The position numbers and the translations under genes were made by a program. This document shows, in pieces, positions 9,633 through 19,356 of a stretch of DNA of 64,000 bases. Below the pieces are notes generated by a model. The model saw only the letters and a program-made list of their open reading frames with translations. It was not told the origin of the DNA and searched no databases. Origin of the DNA: Parcubacteria group bacterium (GTDB lineage: Bacteria; Patescibacteriota; Minisyncoccia; Moranbacterales; UBA9337); contig JBAZSW010000002.1 in assembly GCA_041662245.1 (NCBI GenBank), positions 11,835-75,834 of the forward strand, given 5' to 3'. The first letter of the stretch is position 1; each line of letters begins with the position of its first letter.

Positions 9633-10220
9633 TTAGTTTAATTTTTCACGATTAGTTAAAGCGCTAGCAAGAGTTATTTCGTCCGCATATTCAATGTCTC
9701 CTCCCGTAGAAAGTCCTCGGCCAAGACGAGTAATTTTAATATCGAAATCTTGTAATTTTCTTTTGAGATAAAGTGACGTTAGGTCACCCTCGGTAGTAGG
9801 ATTGGTGGCGATAATTATTTCTTGGGGCTTTTCTGCGCGAACTCTTTTTAGAAGTTCGGGAATTTTTAATTCATTGTTTTTACTGTTAGTGTCTAAAGAA
9901 CCTCCTAAAACATGGTAAACTCCTTTGTAGAGCCCAGTTCTTTCAATGGAAATAATATCCAGAGCGTCCTCTACCACACAAATAGCTCCTGTATGACGAT
10001 TGTTGTTGGCACAAATGCCACATAACTTGTCCTCAGAGATATTGAAACATTTCTGACAATGACGAAGACTTTTTAGTTGAGTTAAATTATGAGCAAACTC
10101 TAAAAGTTTTTCCTCATCTTGTTTGAAAAGAAATAAAACTAATCTTTCTGCCATTTTTTGTCCCACAGAAGGGAGAGAAGAAAAATCATCTATTAATTTT
10201 TGAAATATTTTTGGATACAC
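9633..10220 (-). CDS. recR: recombination mediator RecR
   Basis: LPSVGQKMAERL, C4 zinc finger, ICVVE, YHVLGG, ATNPTTEG, GGDIEYAD; GTG start at 10220 inferred. Confidence 0.95.
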   Translation of the reverse strand: MYPKIFQKLIDDFSSLPSVGQKMAERLVLFLFKQDEEKLLEFAHNLTQLKSLRHCQKCFNISEDKLCGICANNNRHTGAICVVEDALDIISIERTGLYKGVYHVLGGSLDTNSKNNELKIPELLKRVRAEKPQEIIIATNPTTEGDLTSLYLKRKLQDFDIKITRLGRGLSTGGDIEYADEITLASALTNREKLN

Positions 10221-10340
10221 AATTTTAATTAAAAATTCAAAGTGCAAAATTTAAAATTATTTTTTATGAATGTAGTAGTATATTATAATTTTTGATTTTA
10301 AAGGTCAAATTTTGATTTAAGATTTTATTTAATTTCTTGG

Positions 10341-11720
10341 TCATTCTCCCTGACCAGTATGAATTCTTTCTAAGCTTTTAAAAGTAGTGGATTGTTCTTC
10401 GAAATAAAGACTAGCTCTACCAATAGGTCCGTTTCTATGTTTGGCAATAAAAACATCTACGATTTGCTTGTTTGGAGTGTCAGGTTTTTCACGATCTTCT
10501 CGATAAAGCATCATGACCACATCTGCATCTTGCTCTATGGATCCAGATTCACGTAAATCGGAAAGTTTAGGAATTTGTGGAGAACGAGATTCCACATTAC
10601 GTGATAGTTGGGAGAGGGCAATAATAGGGATATTTAGTTCACGAGCTAATTGTTTTAAAGCTCGAGAAATTTCTGAGATTTCTTGAACACGATTGTCGCC
10701 AGAAGTCCGGCGACCTTCCATTAACTGCAAATAGTCGATAATAATCAATCCCAAATTATGTTCTGTCTGAAGGCGTCTTGCCATTGTGCGCATCTCCATA
10801 ATGTTAGCAGAAGCAGTATCGTCAATATAGATAGGAGCTTCGCTTAGAATGCCCATAGCTTCATTGAGTTTTTCGAAGTCATTATCTGGTCCGCTAGAAC
10901 GTAACTTGCCAGTTCTTAGGCGCCAAAGATCAATTCCGGCTTGGGCAGCAAGCATCCTGTCGATAAGTTGATCAGAGGACATTTCCAAAGAAAAGATTCC
11001 CACAGGGATTTTGGATTGTACTCCCACTTGTCTGGCAATATCTAAAGCTAAGGTAGTTTTTCCCAAAGATGGTCGAGCAGCTAGAATTATTAAATCTGAT
11101 TTTTGAAATCCAGCTAAAACTTTATCTAAATCTAAAAAACCAGAAGGAACTCCGCGAATACTTCCATCATCGCGATGTAATTCATCAATACGATTAAAAG
11201 CATTTTCCAAAATTGATTTAATAGGAACAAAATCTTGTTTTAAATATTTCTGAGAAACTTTAAAAATTCCTTGTTCTGCTTCATCTAAAATTCTTTCTAC
11301 GTCTTCATTTCCAGAATACCCCATTTCAACTATTTTATCGGCAGCGGAAATAAGTCTACGAAGCATTGCTTTTTTTTGAACTACTTTGGCATAGTGAGTT
11401 ACATGAGAAGCAGAAGGAACAGTATTTACTAAAGAGGCAATATAGCTAGAACCGCCCACTTCTTCTAGCTTTCCGGCTTCTTCAAGTTTATTGGAAATAC
11501 TTAAAACATCAATAGGATCTCTTTCTTCATAAAGACTGAGCATAGTTTCAAAAATAACTTGGTGGTTATTTTTGTAAAAATCAACAGGCAATAAAAAATC
11601 AGCCACTTTAACAATCGCTTCTTTATCCAACATTAAAGAACCTAAAACCGATTGCTCGGCTTCAAAATTATTAGGGGAAATCCTTGCGGCAGTGGCAACT
11701 TTGTTGTTTTTTGTGGACAT
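10341..11720 (-). CDS. dnaB: replicative DNA helicase (no intein)
   Basis: AARPSLGKT, FSLEM, IIDYLQL, SQLSR, DLRESGSIEQDAD. Confidence 0.98.
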   Translation of the reverse strand: MSTKNNKVATAARISPNNFEAEQSVLGSLMLDKEAIVKVADFLLPVDFYKNNHQVIFETMLSLYEERDPIDVLSISNKLEEAGKLEEVGGSSYIASLVNTVPSASHVTHYAKVVQKKAMLRRLISAADKIVEMGYSGNEDVERILDEAEQGIFKVSQKYLKQDFVPIKSILENAFNRIDELHRDDGSIRGVPSGFLDLDKVLAGFQKSDLIILAARPSLGKTTLALDIARQVGVQSKIPVGIFSLEMSSDQLIDRMLAAQAGIDLWRLRTGKLRSSGPDNDFEKLNEAMGILSEAPIYIDDTASANIMEMRTMARRLQTEHNLGLIIIDYLQLMEGRRTSGDNRVQEISEISRALKQLARELNIPIIALSQLSRNVESRSPQIPKLSDLRESGSIEQDADVVMMLYREDREKPDTPNKQIVDVFIAKHRNGPIGRASLYFEEQSTTFKSLERIHTGQGE

Positions 11721-11936
11721 AAGTTTGAAGGTATTAAATCAAGTAACTGTAAGTATATAACAGAAGCTTTTACAAATCAACGCTTGACAATTTATATAAA
11801 TATGTGATAATCTTGTTCAATTGATATAGGAAGCTTATTTATTACATTAGCCGTCCTTTATATTGATTTTAATAAATTTTTTATTGACTTAAATTTTAGC
11901 AGATATTTTATATTTCTAAACTTTAGTAGTTTTATT

Positions 11937-13001
11937 ATGAAGAAGAAAAATTCTAGAAAAATCAAGAAAAATTTGTTTTTTGAAGAAGTTGTCAATTCAA
12001 TTACTCAAGATATCAACGAGCGGGCTATCAAAATGATAGCGGATCGTTTTGGGTTTGGAAAAAAAGATCCGAAAACTCTTGGTCAGATTGGAGAAACTTA
12101 TGGTATTACTAGAGAGAGGGTAAGACAAATAATAAAAGAAGCTATTTATAAGGTAAAACATAAATCTAAAAATGATGAATTATTCAAGGTGGCCGAGGAA
12201 AAGCTTGGTTTTGTTATAAAAGGAAAGCATGGTATAATTTCAAAGAAAGATTTAATAAAAATGATGATAGAAAATGGAGAAGAGGAGAATTTTGTTAGTT
12301 TTATTTTACATTGTTCCGATAATTTTAAAGTTATCGAAGAGGAAAATGAGATAGAAGAGTCAATAATTTTAAATCATTTTGATTTAAATTTTTGGAAGAG
12401 TATAAAAGAAAAAGCTAAAAATATTTTAAATAAGCATGAAAAAACTCTCCATTCTAAGGTATTTTTTGAAGAATTTTTAAAAATTCATCCGGAATTGGAA
12501 GAAGGAATGTTTTTCAATTTTCTGAATGTATCCAAGGAAATTAAACAAGGGGTTTTTGATAAATGGGGAATTCACAATTGGAAGGAGATTTCTCCTAAAG
12601 GAGTTAGGGAAAAAGCTCATTTGATAATAAAAGAGAATAATAAACCGCTTCATTTTAGGGATGTAGCAAAGTTGATTGATGAACATAAATTAAGCAAAAA
12701 GAAAACTCATCCTCAAACTGTTCATAATGAATTGATTAAAGATGAAAAATTTGTTTTGGTAGGGAGAGGAACCTATGCTCTTCGAGAATGGGGATATCAG
12801 AGAGGAACAGTAAGGGATGTTATCGCAGAAATCTTAGCTGGTAGTGCTGAACCACTATATCAAGACGAAGTAATAGAGAGAGTTTTGTCAGTACGAAATG
12901 TGAAAAAAACGACAGTAATTATAAATTTAAATAAATTTTTTAAAAGATCGGATAAGCAGAAGTATCAAATAAAAAATAAAAAAATAAAAGAAGTGGCTTA
13001 A
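11937..13001 (+). CDS. sigma-70 region 4-like HTH plus HARE-HTH (RNAP delta-like) protein
   Basis: RFG...TLGQIGETYGITRERVRQI; PLHF...QTVHNELIKDEKFVLVGRGTYALREW. Confidence 0.8.
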   Translation: MKKKNSRKIKKNLFFEEVVNSITQDINERAIKMIADRFGFGKKDPKTLGQIGETYGITRERVRQIIKEAIYKVKHKSKNDELFKVAEEKLGFVIKGKHGIISKKDLIKMMIENGEEENFVSFILHCSDNFKVIEEENEIEESIILNHFDLNFWKSIKEKAKNILNKHEKTLHSKVFFEEFLKIHPELEEGMFFNFLNVSKEIKQGVFDKWGIHNWKEISPKGVREKAHLIIKENNKPLHFRDVAKLIDEHKLSKKKTHPQTVHNELIKDEKFVLVGRGTYALREWGYQRGTVRDVIAEILAGSAEPLYQDEVIERVLSVRNVKKTTVIINLNKFFKRSDKQKYQIKNKKIKEVA

Positions 13002-13061
13002 GGTAGGCATTGAGTTAAGACTAAAATAAAAAATTGTTATTAGATAAAAAATAAAAAAATA

Positions 13062-14339
13062 ATGGATATCTTAACAGGAAGTATTCCAGTTGTATTTTTA
13101 AATAATATTTGGCAAACTTTAACTGTGGCTTGGTTTTTGATTTTGCCCCCTCTTTTTTATTGGTTATTTAAGCTGTTGTGGATGGATTTTGTCCAAGGGA
13201 ACTATTGGGGAAAGACGGAATGGGTGATTTTGGAAATAATTCCTCCAAGTGATATAGAGGAAACCCCACAGGCCATGGAAATGATTTATGACGGACTTTC
13301 GGGGATTACCAAGGGTATCAATGCTATCGAAGAATTTGTAAATGGAGAAACAAGGATGTTCCTTAGTTTTGAATTAGTAAGCAAAGAAGGAGAAATTCAT
13401 TTTTATGTTAGAGTCGCCAAGTTTTTTAAGCATTTGGTTGAATCTAATATTCATGCGCAGTATCCCACTGCTGAAGTAAGAGAAGTTCCTGATTACGTTA
13501 ACGATGTGCCTAGAGTTATTCCTAATAAAAAATGGAATCTTTGGGGAACCGATTTTAAACTTACCAAACCGGATCCATACCCAATCAAAACTTATAAATG
13601 GTTTGAAGAAAGTGTTACAGGTAAGGCGCTTGATCCTTTGGCGACAATCATAGAGAGTTTAGGTAAAATTGGTCCCAAACAATATTTTTGGTTTCAGCTA
13701 ATCCTTACTCCTTTCGGAGGAGAAGAATATGATACAGGAAGAGCTATCGTGGATAAAATAGCACAAAGAGCCAAAGAGCCCCAAAAGGGAATTTTGGAAA
13801 TGATTTTCAATGATTTAAAAGACGTTTTCCTGAGTGTCTTTAGTGGTATTGCTGGTAATCCAGTAGAATTTGCTGCTTCCAAAGAAAAAGCAGCAGATGC
13901 TCCATTAGAATTTAAGTTAACTCCCGGAGAGAAAGAAGTTTTGAAAGCGGTTGAAGAGGGAATTGGCAAGAATGCTTTTAGGACAAAAATGAGAATGATT
14001 TATCTAGGGCGTAAAGAAGCTTTCAATAAAGTAGTGTTAGGTTCATTTATTGGAGGATTAAATCAATTTACGGATGTTAATCTTAATAGTTTTGCACCAG
14101 ACAATGATAGCAAAACTTTTGCCTTGCATCTTTTTGTAGAGGCACGAACTAAATATCGTCAGAGAAAAATTTTAAGAAGATATCGCTCCAGAAATAGAGA
14201 TGGCAAAAATTTTTTCTTAAATACATCCGAAGTAGCCACAATTTATCATTTGCCCAATATGTCTGTGATATCCCCAGCTTTTAAAAAGATAGAAACTAAA
14301 ACAGGAGCAGCTCCCGCTAATTTACCAATAGAACAATAA
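13062..14339 (+). CDS. conserved membrane-anchored protein, probable partner of the downstream ATPase
   Basis: N-terminal TM; ends 3 bp before the ATPase; LEIIPP and FLNTSEVATIYHLP motifs. Confidence 0.7.
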   Translation: MDILTGSIPVVFLNNIWQTLTVAWFLILPPLFYWLFKLLWMDFVQGNYWGKTEWVILEIIPPSDIEETPQAMEMIYDGLSGITKGINAIEEFVNGETRMFLSFELVSKEGEIHFYVRVAKFFKHLVESNIHAQYPTAEVREVPDYVNDVPRVIPNKKWNLWGTDFKLTKPDPYPIKTYKWFEESVTGKALDPLATIIESLGKIGPKQYFWFQLILTPFGGEEYDTGRAIVDKIAQRAKEPQKGILEMIFNDLKDVFLSVFSGIAGNPVEFAASKEKAADAPLEFKLTPGEKEVLKAVEEGIGKNAFRTKMRMIYLGRKEAFNKVVLGSFIGGLNQFTDVNLNSFAPDNDSKTFALHLFVEARTKYRQRKILRRYRSRNRDGKNFFLNTSEVATIYHLPNMSVISPAFKKIETKTGAAPANLPIEQ

Positions 14340-14342
14340 AAT

Positions 14343-16406
14343 ATGCAGGATATAACATTTTTTGCTAAAACCAATTTTAGAAACCAAAATGTAAAATTTG
14401 GTATTAAAACTTCTGATAGACAGAGGCATATGTATGTGATTGGAAAGACGGGTATGGGAAAAACTACTCTTTTAGAAAATATGGTGATGCAAGATATTGC
14501 CAATGGCTACGGAGTAGCATATATTGATCCACATGGTGATACAGCTGAAAAACTTATCAAAGCAATACCGGCTAATAGAATTAATGATGTGGTTTATTTT
14601 AACCCGGCAGATACTGAATTCCCAATTGCTTTTAATATTCTCGAATCGGTAAGTGAGGATAAAAAACATTTAGTGGCCTCGGGAATGATGGGAGTTTTTA
14701 AAAAGATTTGGCCCGATGTTTGGAGCGCGAGGATGGAATATATTTTAAGCAACGCTCTTTTAGCTTTATTGGATTATCCCGGATCGACCATGATGGGGGT
14801 AAACAGAATGATGAGTGACAAGAAATATCGTCAACGAGTTTATGAAAAAATCAAAGACCCAGTAGTGAAGGGTTTTTGGATAGATGAATTTGAGACTTGG
14901 GAGGATAGATTTAGAAAAGAGGCTGTAGCTGCCATCCAAAATAAGGTAGGTCAATTTTTATCTTCTTTTTTGATAAGAAACATAGTGGGGCAAACAAAAT
15001 CTACTATTAATATGCGAGATATTATGGATAATAACAAGATTTTGATTGTAAATCTTTCCAAAGGAAGAATCGGAGAAGACGCAATGCGACTTTTGGGCGG
15101 GATGATAGTTACTAAGATTCAATTAGCGGCGATGGAAAGAGTGGACATGCCAGAAGAGGAAAGAAAGAATTTTTATTTGACAGTGGATGAATTTCAAAAT
15201 TTCGTAACGGAATCCTTCGCTAATATTTTATCAGAAGCAAGAAAATATCGCTTGAATCTTTTAGTGGCGCACCAATATATTAGTCAATTGGAAACAGACA
15301 CCAGTAGTGTCGTGAAGGACGCTATTTTTGGTAACGTAGGAACAATTATTTCCTTTCGAGTAGGAGCGGAAGATGCAGAGTTTTTAGAAAAAGAATTTGA
15401 GCCGGTTTTCATGATGAATGACATTGTTAATTTACCTAAATATAGTATTTATTTAAAATTAATGATTGACGGAATTGCCGGTAATGCTTTTTCTGCTACA
15501 GCGCTTCCTCCAATTGATATTACAGGAACAACAGAAAATGCTGAAAAAGTAATTCGAATTTCAAGAGAAAGATATGCTAAAGATAGAAAGGATATAGAAG
15601 AAAAAATTGCGCGTTGGACTGGAATGCTGACTAAAGAAAGTGTTGCTAAAATGGAGCCAAAAAAAGTAGAACAATCCTATGCTGGAAATACTCAAAACTA
15701 CAATAATACAGTCAGAAATGCTAGAAATACAATAGTGATAAAGCCAAAAGAGAACTTAACGCCCAACGTAGTTGCTAATGCTGAGATTAGAAAAGAAATT
15801 ATTAATGATGATAAAAATGTAAAAATAAGTGAACCGGTTGTGGTCAAAGAGAAGCAAGAGACGTTGTTAAGGGAAAGTCAACCAGTGATAATAGCGCCTC
15901 CTACAGGCAAAGAAGAAATTAAAGTAGAAGCTCCAGAAATAATTAAGGTTGCTGATAATGAAAAAGAATTATTTGATTCAGAGTGTGATACTTGCGGAGA
16001 AAAAATTCAAATCCCTTTTAAACCAGATGGCCAACGCCCTACATTTTGTAAGGATTGTTTAAAAGATTATCAACGAGCGATAGCAAGAATTCAAAATGAA
16101 GAGCTTGAAAATAAGAGAAGAATAGCTGAAGATGATAAAAATTTTGATAATATCAAAAAGGATGTTTCTAAAAAAGAAGATGTTTATAACAGACCTAATA
16201 TTCAAGGAAAAATAGAGACTCAGCAAAGAGTTTACTCTCCTAAGGAAAAGCCGTTGAGTTTGTCCCAAACCACCTTCATGGCTCCGAAAAAAATAAAGAA
16301 TATGAACGCAGGCAGAGAGCTTTTAAAATTAAAAGAAATAATTGAAAAAAACAATCAAGCAAATAATCAAAATAAGAATATTGACTCAGAAGTTAAAGCA
16401 GTGTAA
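14343..16406 (+). CDS. VirD4/TraD/HerA-like ATPase with C-terminal CxxC-x17-CxxC zinc ribbon
   Basis: Walker A GKTGMGKT, IDPHGD, Walker B VDEFQ, LSEARKY, AHQY; CDTC-x17-CKDC. Confidence 0.88.
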   Translation: MQDITFFAKTNFRNQNVKFGIKTSDRQRHMYVIGKTGMGKTTLLENMVMQDIANGYGVAYIDPHGDTAEKLIKAIPANRINDVVYFNPADTEFPIAFNILESVSEDKKHLVASGMMGVFKKIWPDVWSARMEYILSNALLALLDYPGSTMMGVNRMMSDKKYRQRVYEKIKDPVVKGFWIDEFETWEDRFRKEAVAAIQNKVGQFLSSFLIRNIVGQTKSTINMRDIMDNNKILIVNLSKGRIGEDAMRLLGGMIVTKIQLAAMERVDMPEEERKNFYLTVDEFQNFVTESFANILSEARKYRLNLLVAHQYISQLETDTSSVVKDAIFGNVGTIISFRVGAEDAEFLEKEFEPVFMMNDIVNLPKYSIYLKLMIDGIAGNAFSATALPPIDITGTTENAEKVIRISRERYAKDRKDIEEKIARWTGMLTKESVAKMEPKKVEQSYAGNTQNYNNTVRNARNTIVIKPKENLTPNVVANAEIRKEIINDDKNVKISEPVVVKEKQETLLRESQPVIIAPPTGKEEIKVEAPEIIKVADNEKELFDSECDTCGEKIQIPFKPDGQRPTFCKDCLKDYQRAIARIQNEELENKRRIAEDDKNFDNIKKDVSKKEDVYNRPNIQGKIETQQRVYSPKEKPLSLSQTTFMAPKKIKNMNAGRELLKLKEIIEKNNQANNQNKNIDSEVKAV

Positions 16407-16480
16407 TATATTTTTGGTAATAAATTTAAAATAGATGTCTTGTTGAGAACTTTCCTCAATGAAATTATCTGCCCAATAAA

Positions 16481-16762
16481 ATGAACATTCAACCTCTAAA
16501 AGATAATGTTGTCATCTCTCCTGAAAAAAAAATAGAAAAGAATAAAACAGAAACAGGTATTTATTTGCCAGAATCATCTACTGGAGAAAATGATAGGCCG
16601 CAAATAGGGAAGGTGGTGGCAGTTGGAGACAGTAAAAAAATAACAGTGAAAAAAGGACAAAGAGTGATTTATAGCCGATATACCGGAACAGAAGTGATAA
16701 TGAATGATGTAACTTATTTGATAGTAAAAAATGACGATGTGCTAGCGGTAATAAAAAAATAA
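16481..16762 (+). CDS. groES: co-chaperonin GroES
   Basis: IQPLKDNVVI, TETGIYLP, GKVVAVG, YTGTEV, DVLAVI. Confidence 0.93.
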   Translation: MNIQPLKDNVVISPEKKIEKNKTETGIYLPESSTGENDRPQIGKVVAVGDSKKITVKKGQRVIYSRYTGTEVIMNDVTYLIVKNDDVLAVIKK

Positions 16763-16777
16763 TTTTATCTTTTATAT

Positions 16778-16808
16778 AAAAACATCCTAATTTATTAGGA
16801 TGTTTTTT
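16778..16808 (+). terminator. intrinsic terminator after groES
   Basis: AAAACATCCTAA-TTTA-TTAGGATGTTTTTT. Confidence 0.75.
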
Positions 16809-16848
16809 AAGTATTGTACTTTAGAGATATTTTTGTTAAGATTTTTAT

Positions 16849-17037
16849 GTAGCTCCCATATCTTCTCAGGAGAAGCGGGAGGTTTTAAAAACACAGTTTT
16901 GATAAGATAGAGGAGTAAGTAGCGGCGAGCGAAAGCTTCAGGCATGTGGAACGAATCATCGTTTGTGTTGAGTGCTATCTTGCCAATTTTTTCCTGTGTT
17001 TCCCCGAGGAGGATTCTAAATCTTTCCTCGGGTTTTT
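16849..17037 (+). ncRNA. candidate structured non-coding RNA, family not recognised
   Basis: TTGTAC-17-TAAGAT promoter with extended TG (16814-16842); 5' hairpin, long irregular stem (16888-17001) with a GAAA tetraloop, GC-rich terminator 17003-17037; no long ORF. Confidence 0.6.
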
Positions 17038-17096
17038 AATTGGTATAAATTATTTAATTAGCAAGCGGGCTTATGAGAAATTTAAATAAAATATTT

Positions 17097-17918
17097 TTAT
17101 CTAACTAAATCAAATCTTTTTTCTTGCCAAGAAGCAAACCCCCCTTTGAGAGTATAAGTAGCTATAAAACCAAGGTCGCTAAGTTTAACAGCGGCTTTGA
17201 AATCATCAGTGGCGGTTGTTCCGTAAACTAATATTTCCTTGGAGATGGTAAGTTCAGTTTTTCTTTTTTCGAGCTCATTTAAGGGAATGTTGATTGCTTG
17301 AGGAACATGTCCAGATAAATATTCCTTATTAGTACGTACGTCAACAATAGTAACAGGATAAGAGCTTTCAATGGCAAGTTTAAGCTGATCGGGTGTAATA
17401 TAATCTATTTTAGACCAATCCAGCGCAGATTCTTTATCTCCACCACTTATTGTTGGATCAGCAGATTGAGTCCAATTGGCAATTCCCCCTGAAAGAGCGT
17501 CAACATTCTTAAATCCCAATTCTGTTTTTAATTTTTTGATAATGGTAGCTACATTCTTGTTATCGCCACTGTCGTAACCGATAATAATGACAGATTGCTC
17601 TTTGCTAATAGTGGAAAAAGTTTTATCGAAATTTTCAGGGGAGATATTGACGGATTCTTCAATGTGATTTTTTTCAAAACTAACATTGTCACGAATATCA
17701 ATTAATTTTAAAACTTCTTGAGAAATTATTTTGGCATGTAATTCATCGGGGGTAAAATATTTGAAATCAGAAAATGTGGGTTCCTCGATTTGCTCTTTGG
17801 AAAGGGGCATATTTTTTTTATCGTAAGCGTACCTCCCTAAAGTTAGAAGTAAAATTAAAAAAATTACTCCAATGCCAATAAATAATATTTTGTTTTCCTT
17901 TTTATCTTTTTCATTCAT
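17097..17918 (-). CDS. membrane-anchored tandem rhodanese-like domain protein
   Basis: LIDIRD...HIEESVNI and IVDVR...GHVPQAINIP, LSGG/LKGG..W; no catalytic Cys. Confidence 0.85.
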   Translation of the reverse strand: MNEKDKKENKILFIGIGVIFLILLLTLGRYAYDKKNMPLSKEQIEEPTFSDFKYFTPDELHAKIISQEVLKLIDIRDNVSFEKNHIEESVNISPENFDKTFSTISKEQSVIIIGYDSGDNKNVATIIKKLKTELGFKNVDALSGGIANWTQSADPTISGGDKESALDWSKIDYITPDQLKLAIESSYPVTIVDVRTNKEYLSGHVPQAINIPLNELEKRKTELTISKEILVYGTTATDDFKAAVKLSDLGFIATYTLKGGFASWQEKRFDLVR

Positions 17919-17921
17919 AAT

Positions 17922-18884
17922 TTATTTTAAAATGCTTCCAATAAAGTTTGGATATCCATTGAGAAAATCATCTATAAGTGTTTCATTTTTTCCAGCTAAT
18001 TGAATTTTATCAAGGATAATTACGCCACTGTTAGTTTGAACACCTATCTGAGATGGGGTATACTGAAAAACTTCCCCTAAATGATGTTTTTCCCCAAGTT
18101 TATTTTTTTGAACAGATATTTCATTTAAAGATAATTTTTGCAAATTTTCTTTATTTTCCCAAAAAGTGAAAATTCCTGGCCAAACATGAAAAGCTCTAAA
18201 TTTGTTATAAATTTCATCGGCATTTTCACTCCAGCTTATCTGCCCATCAGACTTCTCTATTAGTTGGCACATAGTAGCTTGAGAATGGTCTTGTTTTTGA
18301 GGTGAAGAAGTGCCCTCTATCCAAGAGGGAATTGTCTTAAGTAACAAGCTGGAAGCAGTAACAGCTAGCTTGCCGGTCAGAGTCAAATAATTGTCTTGGG
18401 GATCAATAGCTACACTTTTTTGTGATAAAATATCTCCCGTATCTATACCTTCATCCATCAGCATTACAGTAATTCCTGTTTCGGCCATTCCGTTTGCGAG
18501 AGCATTTTGAATAGGAGAGGCACCTCTCAATTTAGGTAGCATTGAAGCATGAATATTTAAGGATTTGAATTTAGGAATATCAAGAATCTTTTTAGGGATT
18601 ATTTTTCCAAAGGCAACTACTATTAGCAAATCAGGCTTTATTTTTTCTAGCCATTCTTTAAATTCATTATCTAATTTGTCTGGTTGAATTATCGGGATAT
18701 TTTTTTCGAGAGCCATTCTTTTTACAGGGCTAACTAGAGCTTCCTTTTTGTTTTTAGATATATAGTCGGGTTGAGTAACTACTGCTAAAATAGGATAATT
18801 CTCAAGACAAAGCGATTCCAGAACAATACTGGCAATATCGGGTGTTCCCATAAAGACGATAGTTGGTTTTTTTTTGTTTTCCAT
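17922..18884 (-). CDS. fmt: methionyl-tRNA formyltransferase
   Basis: FMGTPD, VTQPD, NIHASMLPKLRGASPI, DTGD. Confidence 0.97.
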   Translation of the reverse strand: MENKKKPTIVFMGTPDIASIVLESLCLENYPILAVVTQPDYISKNKKEALVSPVKRMALEKNIPIIQPDKLDNEFKEWLEKIKPDLLIVVAFGKIIPKKILDIPKFKSLNIHASMLPKLRGASPIQNALANGMAETGITVMLMDEGIDTGDILSQKSVAIDPQDNYLTLTGKLAVTASSLLLKTIPSWIEGTSSPQKQDHSQATMCQLIEKSDGQISWSENADEIYNKFRAFHVWPGIFTFWENKENLQKLSLNEISVQKNKLGEKHHLGEVFQYTPSQIGVQTNSGVIILDKIQLAGKNETLIDDFLNGYPNFIGSILK

Positions 18885-18911
18885 AAATATTTTAGGCCAC
18901 AGAGGCGTTTT

Positions 18912-19340
18912 TTATTTGTTTATAAAAAGAATTCCATCGAGATGATCAATCTCATGTTGAAAGGCTCGTGCCAATAAATCTTTTGCTTTTATCTTACACT
19001 TTTCTCCCTTTTCATTCAAATATCTAACCTGAACAGTTTCAAACCGAGTAACAGGAATGAACTTTCCTGGAAAACTCAAGCAGCCCTCTTCGGAATTTTT
19101 TTTTTCCTTGGAATGGGCAGTTATTTTAGGATTTATTAATATATAAATTTTTCCAAGATTTTCAATGATACAAAGTCTAATAGACTCACCAACTTGGGGT
19201 GCAGCCAGTCCCATTCCGCTATTTTCTCTCATGGCTTGTATCATTTGAGGGATTAGTTCTTGAATCTTAGCATCAAGTGGATTTTTGATATTTTGAGCTT
19301 TTTTTTCTAAAATTGAGTTAGGATAGGTTATAATTTTCAT
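18912..19340 (-). CDS. def: peptide deformylase
   Basis: GMGLAAPQVG, EGCLS, QHEIDHLDG. Confidence 0.97.
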   Translation of the reverse strand: MKIITYPNSILEKKAQNIKNPLDAKIQELIPQMIQAMRENSGMGLAAPQVGESIRLCIIENLGKIYILINPKITAHSKEKKNSEEGCLSFPGKFIPVTRFETVQVRYLNEKGEKCKIKAKDLLARAFQHEIDHLDGILFINK

Positions 19341-19356
19341 TTATTTATAGACGTTT

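Noticed and set aside
10341-11720. Intein in dnaB
   Set aside because: 459 aa with continuous motifs and no insertion.
14343-16406. Conjugative element or prophage
   Set aside because: No relaxase, integrase, VirB or phage genes; housekeeping context.
16849-17037. Calling the RNA candidate SRP, 6S, tmRNA or RNase P
   Set aside because: Diagnostic motifs were not found by eye, so it is left unassigned.
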